Positions 1 through 10,606 of a DNA stretch of 64,000 bases are shown here, in pieces. Source of the stretch: Rectinemataceae bacterium. Its GTDB lineage: Bacteria > Spirochaetota > Spirochaetia > Treponematales > Rectinemataceae. The notes beneath the pieces were generated by a model that saw only the letters and a list, made by a program, of their open reading frames with translations, did no database searches and was not told the DNA's origin. The position numbers and the translations under genes were made by a program. Every line of letters begins with the position of its first letter. Within the stretch, counting starts at the first letter, position 1. The stretch covers positions 5,791 to 69,790 of the forward strand of contig DATKVC010000001.1 in NCBI GenBank assembly GCA_035530275.1. Reading direction: 5' to 3'.

Positions 1-730
1 GGGCGTTCTCGCCGATCTTGGGTACTATGACGGGATAATCGGCGGGATAGGCAGGATAGAGATCGGCTAATTGCGCCGAAGACAGGCTCCGGCCGAGGAC
101 GGCGCGGGCAATATCGTCGTCCATATTGCCCCCGAGATCCCAGGCCATGGCCTTGCCCCAGGTGAGCGAATCGACGGGTGTCCAGGGCGCGATCCGGTAA
201 TCGGGGCTCAGGAGACCGAGGATGACGTACTCGAGGCTCGCCCGGTCGCCCGCGTGGTCCTTGAGCCAGGCGTTGACGCCGTCGACATAGGCCTGGAGGC
301 CGGACTTGCCGTCGGGCGAAAGGCCTTCCCACTCGGCTTCGGCGACGCGGGCCCAGCCGAGGGTGCGCAGGAAGGCGTCAGTCTTGACCTGCCCCTTGCC
401 GAACATCTCCGACAGGCTGCCTGAGCCGATGTGTCGCCAGGTGTCCATCTGCCAGAATCGCTCCTGGGCGTGGACAAAGCCCTGGGCGAAGTAGAGGTCG
501 TGGCTGGTGGAGGCGTAGATGTGCGGCACTCCCAGCCTGTCGCGGAGGACCTCGACCTTTCCGTTCAGGCCCGAGACCTTGAGTTCGCCTTGCACCTGCG
601 GAAAGGACTTCGGCGCCTCGACGGCCGGAAGCCAACCCCTGAACCAGATGAAGATTCCGAAGACGGCCACCGCGGCCAGAGCCACGATTGCCTTCCCGAT
701 ACTGAGGACGATTTTTGTCGCCTTCGCCAT
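1..730 (-). CDS. penicillin acylase / penicillin amidase family (Ntn hydrolase), N-terminal part; gene runs off the left edge
   Basis: Absent from the ORF track because it is open at the window edge. My translation of the minus strand from ATG 730 gives MAKATKIVLSIGKAIVALAAVAVFGIFIW...GVPHIYASTSHDLYFAQGFVHAQERFWQMD...DSLTWGKAMAWDLGGN. GGAGG lies a few nt upstream. Signal/TM anchor followed by family-typical motifs. Confidence 0.7.
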   Translation of the reverse strand, partial: MAKATKIVLSIGKAIVALAAVAVFGIFIWFRGWLPAVEAPKSFPQVQGELKVSGLNGKVEVLRDRLGVPHIYASTSHDLYFAQGFVHAQERFWQMDTWRHIGSGSLSEMFGKGQVKTDAFLRTLGWARVAEAEWEGLSPDGKSGLQAYVDGVNAWLKDHAGDRASLEYVILGLLSPDYRIAPWTPVDSLTWGKAMAWDLGGNMDDDIARAVLGRSLSSAQLADLYPAYPADYPVIVPKIGENA

Positions 731-758
731 GTTGCCTCCGATTCTATCATTGCCATAT

Positions 759-785
759 GGCGCCCTTCGAAGCCCGAAGGGCGCC
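759..785 (-). terminator. GC-rich hairpin just after the metH stop (11-bp stem ggcgcccttcg/cgaagggcgcc, 5-nt loop); no clear U-tract
   Basis: Perfect inverted repeat read directly from the sequence. It lies between the metH stop (790) and the acylase start (730). Confidence 0.45.
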
Positions 786-789
786 TGTT

Positions 790-3700
790 TCACGCTTCGG
801 GATCGAGTATGGCCCGCAGGGCTTCCTCGCTCGCGGAGAGGGGCTCTCCCCTGCGCGTCGCATATTCAGCCAATTGTTCCTTTCCGATCCGGCCGACGGC
901 GAAATACCGCGACTCGGGATGTGAAAGGCAGAAGGCCGAGACCGAGGCGGCGGGCACCATCATGGCGCTTTCGGTCAGGGTCATGCCGATGCGGCTCTCC
1001 GCCTCGAGAAGGCCGAGGATGGCCGCCTTGTCGCGGTGGTCGGGGCAGGCGGGATAGCCGGGCGCCGGCCTGATGCCGACATAGGGGCCGCGCAGGAGCT
1101 CGGGCGGAGCGAAGGCCTCATCGGCGGCATAGGCCCAGATGCTCCGCCTGATGTCCTCATGGGTCTTTTCGGCAAGGGCCTCCGCCAGGCGATCGGCGAG
1201 TATCTTCAACATGATGGCGCCGTAGTCGTCTCCCGCCTCGCGCAGCCTCCCTGCCGAAGCGTCGAGGCCGAGGCCGGCGGTGACGGCAAAGATCCCCATC
1301 CAATCGGGAACCTTGGAGGCAGCGGGCGCCATCCAGTCGGCGAGGCAGAGCTGGGGACTGCCGTCGTCCTTGGCGAAATCCTGGCGCAGGAAGGGGAATC
1401 GGGCTACGACCTTGTCGCGAGCCTCATCGGCGTAGACGAGGACGTCATCGCCCTCGGAGGCCGCGGGCAGGACTGCCGCCACCGAGGCAGTGGAAAGCAA
1501 ATGCTCGCGCTCGGCGCGTTGGAGCATGGCGAGTGCTTCCTCGCGAAGCTTGCGAGCCTCCTCGCCCAAGTCGGGGTCCTCGAGTATTTCCGGGTAGCGC
1601 TTTTTCATGCCCCACTGCCAGTAGAAAAAGGTCCAGTCGATATATGGCACTAATTCAGATATTTTGGGCCGCGACTCCACGATGCCCGCGATCCTGGGGG
1701 CGACCGGCCGGACTCCCGCGGGATCGAAGGCGAAGCGGCGCGAGCGAGCTTCGGCCAGCGACAGCCTCGGAGTTGCGGCGGCCTTCGCGAGCTGCTCGGC
1801 CCGAAGCCTTTCGTGACGGGCCGAAAGTTCCTCGGCGTACTCTGCCTTGCGCAGGGGATCGAGAAGGCGTTCGAGGACGCCGGGAGCCAGGGCGGCGTCG
1901 CGGACGTTGACGACGCTGCCCGAATAGGCCGGGGCGATGCGCAGCGCGGTATGGGCGGGATTGGTCGTGGCTCCTCCGATAAGGAGGGGTATCGCGAGGC
2001 CCTTCTCCTCCATGGCCTTCGCGACCCGCACCATCTCCTCGAGGGATGGCGTGATGAGGCCGGACAGGCCGATGGCGTCTGCCTTCGAGCTCACCGCTTC
2101 CTCGATGATGCGCTCGAGGGGAGTCATCACGCCGAGATCACGCACCTCGAAGCCGTTGCACTGGAGGACGACGCCCGCGATGTTCTTGCCTATGTCGTGG
2201 ACATCGCCCTTCACGGTGGCCATTACGATCGAGCCGCGCTTGGAGGAGCCCGAAGACTGCTCCTTCTCGAGCCAGGGCACGAGAACCGACACGGCCATCT
2301 TCATGACGCGCGCGCTCTTGACCACCTGGGGAAGGAACATCTTGCCCGCCCCGAAGAGCTCGCCGACGCGGTTCATGCCTTCCATCAGCGGTCCCTCGAT
2401 GACGGCGAGGGCGCCGCCTAGTTCGATGCGAGCCTCCTCGGCGTCGGCTGCTGCCCAGGCTTCGATACCCTTCACGAGGGCGTGCTTGAGGCGCTCGCGC
2501 ACCGGCGCGGAACGCCATTCCGGCTCCCCGGAGCTCCCCGGCCCCTCGTCCTCGTCTTTGAGCCCCGAGGCCAAGGCGAGAAGCCTCTCGGTGGCATCGT
2601 CACGCCTATCGAGAAGGAGGTCCTCGATGGCCTCTCGCAGGGTCGGCTCGATCTCGTCGTAGATGTCGAGCTGGGCGGGGTTGACGATGCCCATGGACAT
2701 GCCCGCCGATTTGGCGTGATAGAGGAAGGCCGAATGGATGGCTCTGCGCAGGGGGTCGTTGCCCCTGAAGGAGAAGGAGACGTTGGAGACCCCCCCCGAG
2801 ATCGGGGAGCCGGGGAATTCGCGCGACAGGATACGGCATGCCTCGAAGAAATCCTTCGCATAACTGCGATGTTCCGCGAGGCCCGTGCCCACGGCGAAGA
2901 TGTTGGGATCGAGGATGATGTCCGTCGGCTCGACGCCGCCCTTTTCGACGAGAACCTTCATCGCCCGCCTCAGCACGGAGACGCGGCGCTCGAGGCTGGC
3001 CGCCTGCCCCTCCTCGTCGAAGGCCATCACGACCATCGCCGCCCCGTAGCGTCCGATTTCTCGCGCCTTGGCGAGCAGGGCTTCCTCGCCCTCCTTCAGG
3101 CTCACCGAATTGACGATGCCCTTGCCTTGTATGCAGCGAAGACCGGCGACCACGGTGGGCCAGTCCGAGGAGTCGATCATCACCGGAACCTTCGAAAGGA
3201 AGGGATCGGCCGCGGCGAGGAGGAGGAAGGCCTCCATCTCCTTAGCCGAATCGAGGAGGGCATCGTCGAGGTTGACATCGAAGGCCTGGGCTCCCGCCTC
3301 GACCTGATCGCGGGCGACATCGACAGCCTCGTCGTACTTTTTCTCCCGGATGAGACGGGCGAATTTCTTGGAGCCCGCGACATTGCTCCGCTCGCCGACG
3401 TTGACGAAGAGGCTGTCGGGGCCGATGGTCAGGGCCTCGAAGCCGGAGAGCCTCGTCACGGGGCGGGGCGCGGGAGCACTTCGCGGCTTGACGCCGGCAA
3501 GGGCGGCCGACAAGGCGCGAATATGCTCGGGCGTCGTGCCGCAACAGCCGCCGACGATGTTGAGGCCGGCGCCCTCCCCCGCCCCGTCTCGCTCCGATTC
3601 GCGGGCCACACGGCCGAGGACCGAGGCGAAATGCTCCGGCGTCTCGTCGTAGGCGCCGAGGGCGTTGGGAAGACCCGCATTGGGATGAACGGAAACCGCG

Positions 3701-4506
3701 AAGGCAGCGTTGCGCGAAATATCGGCGAGATGGACAATGAGATCCTCGGCGCCGAATGAGCAATTGAAACCGACCGAAATGGGCCTCGCGTGGAGGACGG
3801 AGTGGAGGAAGGCCAGGGGCTCCTGGCCCGACAGGGTGCGGCCGGAGCGGTCGGTGACGGTTCCCGAAATCATCACCGGATACTCGAGGCCGCCTTCCTC
3901 GAAAACCGAGCGCAGGGCGTAGATGGCGGCCTTGGCGTTGAGGGTGTCGAAGGCAGTCTCGACCATGAGGATGTCGACGCCTCCCTCGATGAGGCCCTCG
4001 ATCTGATCGCGATAGGCGGCGGACAATCCCTCGAAGCTGATGGCCCTCCAGCCCGGCCTGTCGATGTCGGGGGACATCGACAGGGACTTGTTCGTCGGCC
4101 CGAGGGAGCCCGCGACGAAGCGTGGCTTGCCTGGATCGAGGGCCGTGACATCATCGGCGACCCTGCGCGCGAGACGGGCGGCGGCGACATTCATCTCGCG
4201 CACGACCTCCTCGAGACCGTAGTCGGCCTGGCTCACCCGCGTCGAATTGAAGGTGTTGGTTTCGATGATGTCGGCGCCGGCATCGAGGTAGGCCCGGTGA
4301 ATCGAGGCTATCGCCTCGGGTTTCGTGAGACTCAAAAGGTCATTGTCGCCCGCCAGACTATGGGGATGATCGCGGAAACGCTCGCCGCGAAAATCCGCCT
4401 CGACGAGGCCGAGCCTCTGGATCATCGTGCCCATCGCCCCGTCGAGGATGAGAATGCGCTCTGAAAGGATCGATTCGAGTCGTCTATATGCGGCGGTCTT
4501 GGTCAT
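790..4506 (-). CDS. metH: cobalamin-dependent methionine synthase
   Basis: 1238 aa from [30 protein letters not shown]. Homocysteine-binding, pterin-binding, B12-binding (DVHDIGKNI) and AdoMet-activation modules are recognisable. The ORF-track start at 4683 adds 59 implausible residues; ATG at 4506 was verified in the sequence. Confidence 0.95.
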   Translation of the reverse strand: MTKTAAYRRLESILSERILILDGAMGTMIQRLGLVEADFRGERFRDHPHSLAGDNDLLSLTKPEAIASIHRAYLDAGADIIETNTFNSTRVSQADYGLEEVVREMNVAAARLARRVADDVTALDPGKPRFVAGSLGPTNKSLSMSPDIDRPGWRAISFEGLSAAYRDQIEGLIEGGVDILMVETAFDTLNAKAAIYALRSVFEEGGLEYPVMISGTVTDRSGRTLSGQEPLAFLHSVLHARPISVGFNCSFGAEDLIVHLADISRNAAFAVSVHPNAGLPNALGAYDETPEHFASVLGRVARESERDGAGEGAGLNIVGGCCGTTPEHIRALSAALAGVKPRSAPAPRPVTRLSGFEALTIGPDSLFVNVGERSNVAGSKKFARLIREKKYDEAVDVARDQVEAGAQAFDVNLDDALLDSAKEMEAFLLLAAADPFLSKVPVMIDSSDWPTVVAGLRCIQGKGIVNSVSLKEGEEALLAKAREIGRYGAAMVVMAFDEEGQAASLERRVSVLRRAMKVLVEKGGVEPTDIILDPNIFAVGTGLAEHRSYAKDFFEACRILSREFPGSPISGGVSNVSFSFRGNDPLRRAIHSAFLYHAKSAGMSMGIVNPAQLDIYDEIEPTLREAIEDLLLDRRDDATERLLALASGLKDEDEGPGSSGEPEWRSAPVRERLKHALVKGIEAWAAADAEEARIELGGALAVIEGPLMEGMNRVGELFGAGKMFLPQVVKSARVMKMAVSVLVPWLEKEQSSGSSKRGSIVMATVKGDVHDIGKNIAGVVLQCNGFEVRDLGVMTPLERIIEEAVSSKADAIGLSGLITPSLEEMVRVAKAMEEKGLAIPLLIGGATTNPAHTALRIAPAYSGSVVNVRDAALAPGVLERLLDPLRKAEYAEELSARHERLRAEQLAKAAATPRLSLAEARSRRFAFDPAGVRPVAPRIAGIVESRPKISELVPYIDWTFFYWQWGMKKRYPEILEDPDLGEEARKLREEALAMLQRAEREHLLSTASVAAVLPAASEGDDVLVYADEARDKVVARFPFLRQDFAKDDGSPQLCLADWMAPAASKVPDWMGIFAVTAGLGLDASAGRLREAGDDYGAIMLKILADRLAEALAEKTHEDIRRSIWAYAADEAFAPPELLRGPYVGIRPAPGYPACPDHRDKAAILGLLEAESRIGMTLTESAMMVPAASVSAFCLSHPESRYFAVGRIGKEQLAEYATRRGEPLSASEEALRAILDPEA

Positions 4507-4628
4507 GCGGCCGAGTATACCCACAGTGTACGAAGGGAGGAAAGGCCGACTTCGCAGGCGAGGCGCCGACGGCCATTGCGCGCCATCCGCGCTGGAACAA
4601 GGCACGCAGTAATTGCTACCCTGGAGCC

Positions 4629-5981
4629 ATGCAATCACCGAAAAGAGCCTTGCTTTCCCTCGTCCTTCCCGCATGGTCGACACGGGACATCGGCCTCGTC
4701 TTTTCCGCGCGTTTCTTCATGAGCGCGACTCGGGCCCTGGCCGGAATAGTCCTGCCAGTCTATCTCGCATCCCTCGGCTATTCGGGCTTCGCCCTCGGAA
4801 TATTGTACAGCCTCTCCGCGATCGCCTCGGCAATCCTCTCGACCCTCATCGGGTGGGGCTCGGACCGCTTCGGACGAAAGCCCTTTCTCATCGCCACGCC
4901 ACTCCTCACCGCATTGGCCTGTCTTGCTTTCATGTATTTCCGCGAGGCCCTCCCCCTTTTCGCCTTTGCCGCCCTCGGCTCCTTAGGTAGGGGCGCCGGA
5001 GCGGGCGCGGGAATGATAGGGCCCTACCAGCCGGCCGAGCAGGCTTATCTGACGGCCAAGGTAGGCGCGAAAGATCGCAACGCCCTTTTCGGGAGGATGG
5101 CCTTCACGTCGAGTCTCGGCGCCCTCGTCGGAGGGGGCCCGGCGATAGCCCTGGCGACCCTTCTCGCCTCGGGCAAGACTCCGGACGAATTTCGCCTCGA
5201 GTTTTTGTTCGGAGCACTCTTCGCCCTCGTTTGCGCCCTCCTCGCGATTCCCCTCGGCGAGAAGCGACCTCCCGCTCCAGCCGCGAAAAAACCTCGGGCC
5301 GAATCCGGCCGCCGCGGCCTCGGCGCCAGGCTCTCGCCGACCTCGTGGAAGATCCTCCTCAGGCTCTGGGTCACGAACGGCGTCAACGGGCTGGCCGTGG
5401 GTTTCTTCGGACCGCTTATTACCTATTGGTTCAATCGGCGCTTCGGCGCCTCCCCCCTCGAGATCGGCGTCCTCTATTCGCTCATAAACCTGGCGTCCCT
5501 GTCATCCAACCTCGCCTCCTCGAGGGTCGCCTCGCGTTTCGGCATCGTCAGGACCATCGTCGTCTCCCGCTTCGCCCAGGCTATCCTCATAGTACCCATG
5601 GTTCTCGCCCCTTCGTTCTGGCTCGCCGGCGCCATCTATCTCGTGCGCATGATGGTGCAGCGTCTGGGCCTGCCGCTCAGGCAATCCTTTGTGATGGGTG
5701 TCGTGCCCGACGAGGAGCGCGGCCGCGTCGGATCCCTCTCCAACCTGCCCTCGCAGGCGAGTTCAGCCCTCAGCCCCAGCCTCGCCGGCTATATTTTCGA
5801 GCGCCTCTCGATGGACGCTCCCTTCGCGATCGGGGCCCTTCTCCAGGGAGTGAACGCCTTCCTTTTCATGGTATTCTTTCGCGACATCAGGCCCCCGGAG
5901 GAAGCGCCTACTACCGAGTCCGATGAAAAAGTGACACAGCATTGCGGACTCGGTAGTAAGGGCGCCGATAGTCCTATCTAG
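4629..5981 (+). CDS. MFS transporter
   Basis: About 12 predicted TM segments and a [11 protein letters not shown] loop motif typical of MFS. Start moved to [12 protein letters not shown] (ATG 4629) because the ORF-track start overlaps metH. Confidence 0.8.
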   Translation: MQSPKRALLSLVLPAWSTRDIGLVFSARFFMSATRALAGIVLPVYLASLGYSGFALGILYSLSAIASAILSTLIGWGSDRFGRKPFLIATPLLTALACLAFMYFREALPLFAFAALGSLGRGAGAGAGMIGPYQPAEQAYLTAKVGAKDRNALFGRMAFTSSLGALVGGGPAIALATLLASGKTPDEFRLEFLFGALFALVCALLAIPLGEKRPPAPAAKKPRAESGRRGLGARLSPTSWKILLRLWVTNGVNGLAVGFFGPLITYWFNRRFGASPLEIGVLYSLINLASLSSNLASSRVASRFGIVRTIVVSRFAQAILIVPMVLAPSFWLAGAIYLVRMMVQRLGLPLRQSFVMGVVPDEERGRVGSLSNLPSQASSALSPSLAGYIFERLSMDAPFAIGALLQGVNAFLFMVFFRDIRPPEEAPTTESDEKVTQHCGLGSKGADSPI

Positions 5982-6400
5982 GTCCTATTTTTCGCGAAAT
6001 CCCGCACGGCCGCCCTTATCTCGTCACGGACCTTCCGAACCCTGGCCATGATCTCCTCGTCGCTCCCGACGAAGGTCGAAGGATCGTCGAAAGGCCAGTG
6101 ATGGCGCTCCACCTTGCCCGGGAAGACGGGGCAGCGTTCGGCAGCCTCCTTCGAGCAGACGGTGACGACGACATCGTAGGTCCGGCCCGCGGAGCGGAGA
6201 TCGAAGACCGACTTGGTCGGGTTCCGCGAAATGTCGAGGCCGAACTCCGCCATCGAGCGTACAACGTAGGGATTGAGGCGGCCGGGCTCGAGGCCGGCGC
6301 TCTCGGCCTCGAAGCGATCGCCGGCCTCCGCCTTGAGAAAGGCCTCGGCCATCTGGCTCCGGGCGGAATTATGGACGCAAAGGAAGAGCACCTTCGTCAT
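5978..6400 (-). CDS. arsC: arsenate reductase, LMW-PTPase / thioredoxin-coupled type
   Basis: [21 protein letters not shown] with the CX5R P-loop and downstream cysteines. ATGA overlap with acr3 upstream. Confidence 0.9.
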   Translation of the reverse strand: MTKVLFLCVHNSARSQMAEAFLKAEAGDRFEAESAGLEPGRLNPYVVRSMAEFGLDISRNPTKSVFDLRSAGRTYDVVVTVCSKEAAERCPVFPGKVERHHWPFDDPSTFVGSDEEIMARVRKVRDEIRAAVRDFAKNRT

Positions 6401-7467
6401 GGCTGGCCTGGGATAGCGGCCCGGCCGGGGGCGAATCGAGTCTGAAACCGAAGCGCAACATTGACGAGGAGGAGCATCGCCGGCACTTCGATCAGGGGAC
6501 CGATAACGGCGGCGAAGGCCTGTCCCGAGCCAAGGCCGAAGACTGCCACCGCCACGGCGATGGCGAGCTCGAAATTGTTGCTCGCGGCCGTGAAGGAAAG
6601 GGTGACCGTCTTGGCGTAATCGGCGCCTATAGCCTTGCTCAGGGCGAAGCTGATGAAGAACATCGCGACGAAATAGATGAGGAGGGGTGCGGCGATTCGC
6701 AACACGTCCAGGGGAAGGGCGAGTATCTTCTCGCCTTTGAGGCTGAACATCACGAGGATGGTGAAGAGGAGGGCCACGAGGGTGAGGGGCGATATCTTCG
6801 GGATGAAGGAGGAGCGGTACCAGGCCTCGCCCTTCAGCCTCCTGAGGATCAGCCAGGAGATGAAGCCCGCGAGAAAGGGTATGCCGAGATAGATGCCGAC
6901 GCTCTTCGCTATCTCACCGATGCTCACGCGGACGGCGCTTCCGGCGAGCCCGAAGAGTGGCGGGATCAAGGTGACGAAAAGCCAGGCGTAGAGCGAGTAG
7001 AAGACGACTTGGAAAACCGAGTTAAAGGCCACGAGGCCGGCGCAGTACTCGGTGTCCCCCTTGGCCAGCTCGTTCCACACGATGACCATGGCGATGCAGC
7101 GCGCCAGCCCTATCATGATGAGGCCCACCATGTATTCCGGCTTGTCGCGGAGAAAGACGATGGCGAGGGCGGTCATGAGTATCGGGCCGATGACCCAGTT
7201 CTGGATGAGGGAGAGAGTCAGGACCTTCCTGTCCTTGAAAACGTCCTTTACCTCGTCGTAGCGCACCTTCGCCAGGGGCGGGTACATCATGAGGATGAGG
7301 CCTATTGCTATGGGGATATTCGTGGTCCCCACCGAGAGTCGATCCCAAAAGGAGGCGACGCCCGGGACCAGGGCGCCGGCCAAGACCCCGATGGCCATGG
7401 CGAGGAAAATCCAGAGCGTCAGCCAGCGGTCGAGGAAGGAGAGGCGCTTCGCGACGGTAGTCGGCAT
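6397..7467 (-). CDS. acr3: arsenite efflux permease, ACR3 family
   Basis: [20 protein letters not shown] and about 10 TM segments are typical of Acr3. Start chosen at MPTTVAK (ATG 7467) with GAGGAG upstream; the ORF track extends to 7512. Confidence 0.9.
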   Translation of the reverse strand: MPTTVAKRLSFLDRWLTLWIFLAMAIGVLAGALVPGVASFWDRLSVGTTNIPIAIGLILMMYPPLAKVRYDEVKDVFKDRKVLTLSLIQNWVIGPILMTALAIVFLRDKPEYMVGLIMIGLARCIAMVIVWNELAKGDTEYCAGLVAFNSVFQVVFYSLYAWLFVTLIPPLFGLAGSAVRVSIGEIAKSVGIYLGIPFLAGFISWLILRRLKGEAWYRSSFIPKISPLTLVALLFTILVMFSLKGEKILALPLDVLRIAAPLLIYFVAMFFISFALSKAIGADYAKTVTLSFTAASNNFELAIAVAVAVFGLGSGQAFAAVIGPLIEVPAMLLLVNVALRFQTRFAPGRAAIPGQP

Positions 7468-7633
7468 CGAGAGACTCCTCGAAATCAGTTGAAGGCTCTT
7501 TGCTACGCTCAACTCTTCATCCTTGCCTGTCTCATGTCAAGCACGACCATCCTCCCGCCTGCCCTCCTTAAGGAGGAGTTCTTTACCAGCTCCAAATCCT
7601 GCGCGACGTGGGTCCACTGCCCCCAGCAATCAA

Positions 7634-7661
7634 ATATTCTTATTGCGCAGCATAAGAATAT
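7634..7661. promoter_or_regulatory. perfect 10-bp inverted repeat ATATTCTTAT-N8-ATAAGAATAT in the AT-rich divergent acr3 / prpF-like intergenic region; candidate operator
   Basis: Read directly from the sequence. It is the only long perfect palindrome in this 312-nt gap. Confidence 0.4.
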
Positions 7662-7824
7662 ATTATTTTTCGGATACCTATGATCGTGCTACTCTTCGGT
7701 GACCGCTAGAAGTGTCCATCACTTTAGTCGGTCAACTGCGGTATGAATCAGTCACCAAAGAATAACTCGCCGGAGGCGGATCGATTCTTGGGGCAACTCC
7801 GCAATTCAAGTCGAGGAGGATGAG

Positions 7825-8997
7825 GTGCCGGTAGATCAGTCCGAATTCATGCGAATTCCCGCCATTTTCATGCGGGGGGGCACGAGCAAGGGCGTCTACC
7901 TCATGGCCGAGGATCTGCCCTCCGATCCTGCCCTCCGCGACCAGGTAATCCTCGACATTTACGGAAGTCCCGACCTCAGACAGATCAACGGCATGGGAGG
8001 GGCCGACCCACTGACGAGCAAGGTGGCCATCCTTTCGCCCTCGAAAAGGCCCGGCGTCGACATCGATTATACCTTCGGCTATGTGGGCATAGGAGAAGCC
8101 GCGGTGGATTACGATGGAAATTGCGGCAACATCTCCTCCGGCGTCGGCGTCTTCGCCATCAAAAAGGGCATCGTCGGAGCGACCGAAGGCGAGACCAAGG
8201 TCGTGATCTTCAATACCAATACCGGCAAGGTCATCGAAGCCATGATTCCGGTAAAGAACGGCGAGGTCAGCTTCGAAGGCGATTACGCCATCGCCGGCGT
8301 TCCCGGGACCGGCTCCAAGATCGTGATGAATTTTCCGAATTCCGCGGGGTCCAAGACGGGCAGGCTCCTCCCGACCGGCAATGTCCGCGACAGGATAACC
8401 TTGGCCGACGGTCGATCGATCGAGGTCAGCCTGGTGGACGCGGCCAACCCCGCCGTGTTTTTCAAGGCGAAGGATACCGGCTTGACGGGAAGGGAAATGC
8501 CCGCCGACTGCGAAGGAGACCCTTCAATTGTTACGATCATGGAGGAGGTCCGCCGCAGGGCCGCCGTAATGATGGACCTGGCCCCATCGCTCGACAGGGT
8601 CGGTCCGGCTGTGCCCAAGGTGGCCTTCGTCGCGGAAGCCGCGAGCTACGAGTCGAGCGAGGGCGAAACCATTCGCGGGTCGGACATCGATCTCATCGCT
8701 CGGACCCTGGCGATGGGCAAGATGCACAAGACCTACGCCGTGACGGGCGGAATCTGCCTCGCTACAGCGGCCCTGATCGATGGGACCATCGTCAATGACC
8801 TCGTCGATTCGCGGGCCAAGTCCAAAGGCGAAATCCGGATCGGCCATCCTTCCGGATGCCTGGAAGTCTTCGTCGATGTCAGGCGGGTAGAGGGCTCGGG
8901 ATGGGAACTCGTCAAGGCCGGCGTCTGCCGAACGGCTCGTCCGATCATGGACGGCTACGTCTACGCGTCTCGCAGGGCATTCCTGCCGAGGGCTTGA
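7825..8997 (+). CDS. PrpF / 3-methylitaconate isomerase family protein
   Basis: MRIPAIFMRGGTSKGVYL N-terminus and overall length are typical of the PrpF/Mii family. GTG start with GGAGG upstream. Confidence 0.8.
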   Translation: MPVDQSEFMRIPAIFMRGGTSKGVYLMAEDLPSDPALRDQVILDIYGSPDLRQINGMGGADPLTSKVAILSPSKRPGVDIDYTFGYVGIGEAAVDYDGNCGNISSGVGVFAIKKGIVGATEGETKVVIFNTNTGKVIEAMIPVKNGEVSFEGDYAIAGVPGTGSKIVMNFPNSAGSKTGRLLPTGNVRDRITLADGRSIEVSLVDAANPAVFFKAKDTGLTGREMPADCEGDPSIVTIMEEVRRRAAVMMDLAPSLDRVGPAVPKVAFVAEAASYESSEGETIRGSDIDLIARTLAMGKMHKTYAVTGGICLATAALIDGTIVNDLVDSRAKSKGEIRIGHPSGCLEVFVDVRRVEGSGWELVKAGVCRTARPIMDGYVYASRRAFLPRA

Positions 8998-9055
8998 TCA
9001 TATTTCGCCCACGCGATCGCAGGATCGCGCATGTATCGATCACGGAGGAAAGCGC

Positions 9056-10033
9056 ATGAAATCGAAGAATCTGTTCGTATCGGCGGTCGTCTTCGCCTCT
9101 CTCGCGATTACGCTGCCGAGTCTGACCGCCCAGAACTATCCGAGGCGGCCGATCGAGATGGTCATTCCCTTCGGCACGGGCGGGGCCAGCGATATTTTCG
9201 CCAGGAATTTCGCCCAGATAGCCTCCAAGTACATCGGAAAGCCCTTCACCCCCGTCAACAAGGGCGGTGCCGGCACCATCGAAGGCATGATGTACAGCTT
9301 CGGCGCCCCCGCCGATGGCTACACGATCCTCGAGATCACCCCCTCCCTCCTCATCGTCGAGGCGCAGAACAAGAGCTCGATCAAGTTCCGCCAGTCCTTC
9401 GAGCCCATCATGCGCGTCCAGTCCGACGTCGTTCTCTTCGGCGTGAAGGCGAACAGCAACCTCAAGACCCTCGAGGACATGATCGCCTTCGCCAAGGCCA
9501 ACCCCCGGAAGCTCAAGATCGGCGGCATCTCCCCCGGCGGCCTCGACGAGTACATCGCCCGGGGTTTCGCGGCAAAGGCGGGCATCGAGTGGACCTACGT
9601 CCCCTACAAGTCGGCCTCCGAGCTCAAGGCCGCCGTCCTCGGCGGCGAGCTCGACATCTACCAGGACAAGCTCATCTCCTTCATGAGCATGGTCTCGGGC
9701 GGCGATATCAGGCCCCTCGTCGTCCTCAGCGACAAGCGACTCCCCGTGCCCGAGCTCAAGGACGTACCCTGCTCCGTGGAAAAGGGGCTCGACTTCACGC
9801 AGGGTTCCTGGCGCGGTTTCGTCGTCAAGAAGGGCACGCCTCCCGAAATCAAGAAAATCATCATCGACGCCTTCGAGAAGGCCTACGCCGACCCCGCCTA
9901 CAAGGACATGGAGAAGAAGGAGATGACCGATCTCCTCCCCGGCTATCTCAACGCCGCCGACTTCGGCAAGCTCTGGGACTCCGAATTCAACGGCTACGTC
10001 GCGATCTTCAAGCAGATGGGACTAATTAAGTAG
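9056..10033 (+). CDS. tctC: tripartite tricarboxylate transporter substrate-binding protein (Bug/TctC family)
   Basis: Signal peptide, about 325 aa, PFGTGGASDIFAR motif, followed by tctB and tctA. Confidence 0.85.
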   Translation: MKSKNLFVSAVVFASLAITLPSLTAQNYPRRPIEMVIPFGTGGASDIFARNFAQIASKYIGKPFTPVNKGGAGTIEGMMYSFGAPADGYTILEITPSLLIVEAQNKSSIKFRQSFEPIMRVQSDVVLFGVKANSNLKTLEDMIAFAKANPRKLKIGGISPGGLDEYIARGFAAKAGIEWTYVPYKSASELKAAVLGGELDIYQDKLISFMSMVSGGDIRPLVVLSDKRLPVPELKDVPCSVEKGLDFTQGSWRGFVVKKGTPPEIKKIIIDAFEKAYADPAYKDMEKKEMTDLLPGYLNAADFGKLWDSEFNGYVAIFKQMGLIK

Positions 10034-10100
10034 GGTTCGATCCTTTCCGGCGCAGGGCCGCGACCCGCGCCGGATTTTTCCCGCGAAAGGGGTAATTCAT

Positions 10101-10589
10101 ATGGCTGAACTGATCTTCAACGCGGTCCTCGGGATCGTCCTGGTGGGTTACCTCGTCCTGGGACTGATCATGAAAAGGACCGACGACCCGACGGACGTCC
10201 TCGGGGCGGGGGGCTTCCCCGTCATAGTCGGCGCGATCGCCCTCGTCGTCCTCGTCGCCATCACCGTCAAGCTCCGGAGGAATCGAGAGGGAGAAAGGGC
10301 AAAACTCCCGATGTTCGATCTCAAACACGTCGACGGGAGGGCCGCCCTCCTCAACCTCATCCTCCTGGCTCTCTACATCGGTCTCCTCGACGTCATCGGA
10401 TTCACGCTGGACACCTTCCTCTACCTTCCCGCGGCGGCCCTGGCCATGGGCTATAGGAAAAAACTTAACATCGCGATCTTCACGGTGATCATGACGACTG
10501 TCATTATCCTCGCCTTCGGGAAGCTCTTCTTCGTACCCCTTCCCCGCGGCCTCGGCTTCCTTCGAGAGCTGAGCTTCATCCTCTACTGA
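10101..10589 (+). CDS. tctB: tripartite tricarboxylate transporter small membrane subunit
   Basis: 162 aa, 4 TM segments, positioned between tctC and tctA. Confidence 0.75.
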   Translation: MAELIFNAVLGIVLVGYLVLGLIMKRTDDPTDVLGAGGFPVIVGAIALVVLVAITVKLRRNREGERAKLPMFDLKHVDGRAALLNLILLALYIGLLDVIGFTLDTFLYLPAAALAMGYRKKLNIAIFTVIMTTVIILAFGKLFFVPLPRGLGFLRELSFILY

Positions 10590-10606
10590 GCGGGAAAGGA
10601 AACAAT

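Noticed and set aside
790-4683. ORF-track N-terminal extensions (metH to 4683, MFS from 4488, thiI from 37112, ppiD-like from 30086, amidase to 51900, SPASM to 58553, PLC-like from 21409)
   Set aside because: The extensions overlap neighbouring genes or promoters, are R/P/G-rich, and lack RBS support. Internal starts with Shine-Dalgarno-like sequences or overlap-coupled ATGA/GTGA junctions fit better.
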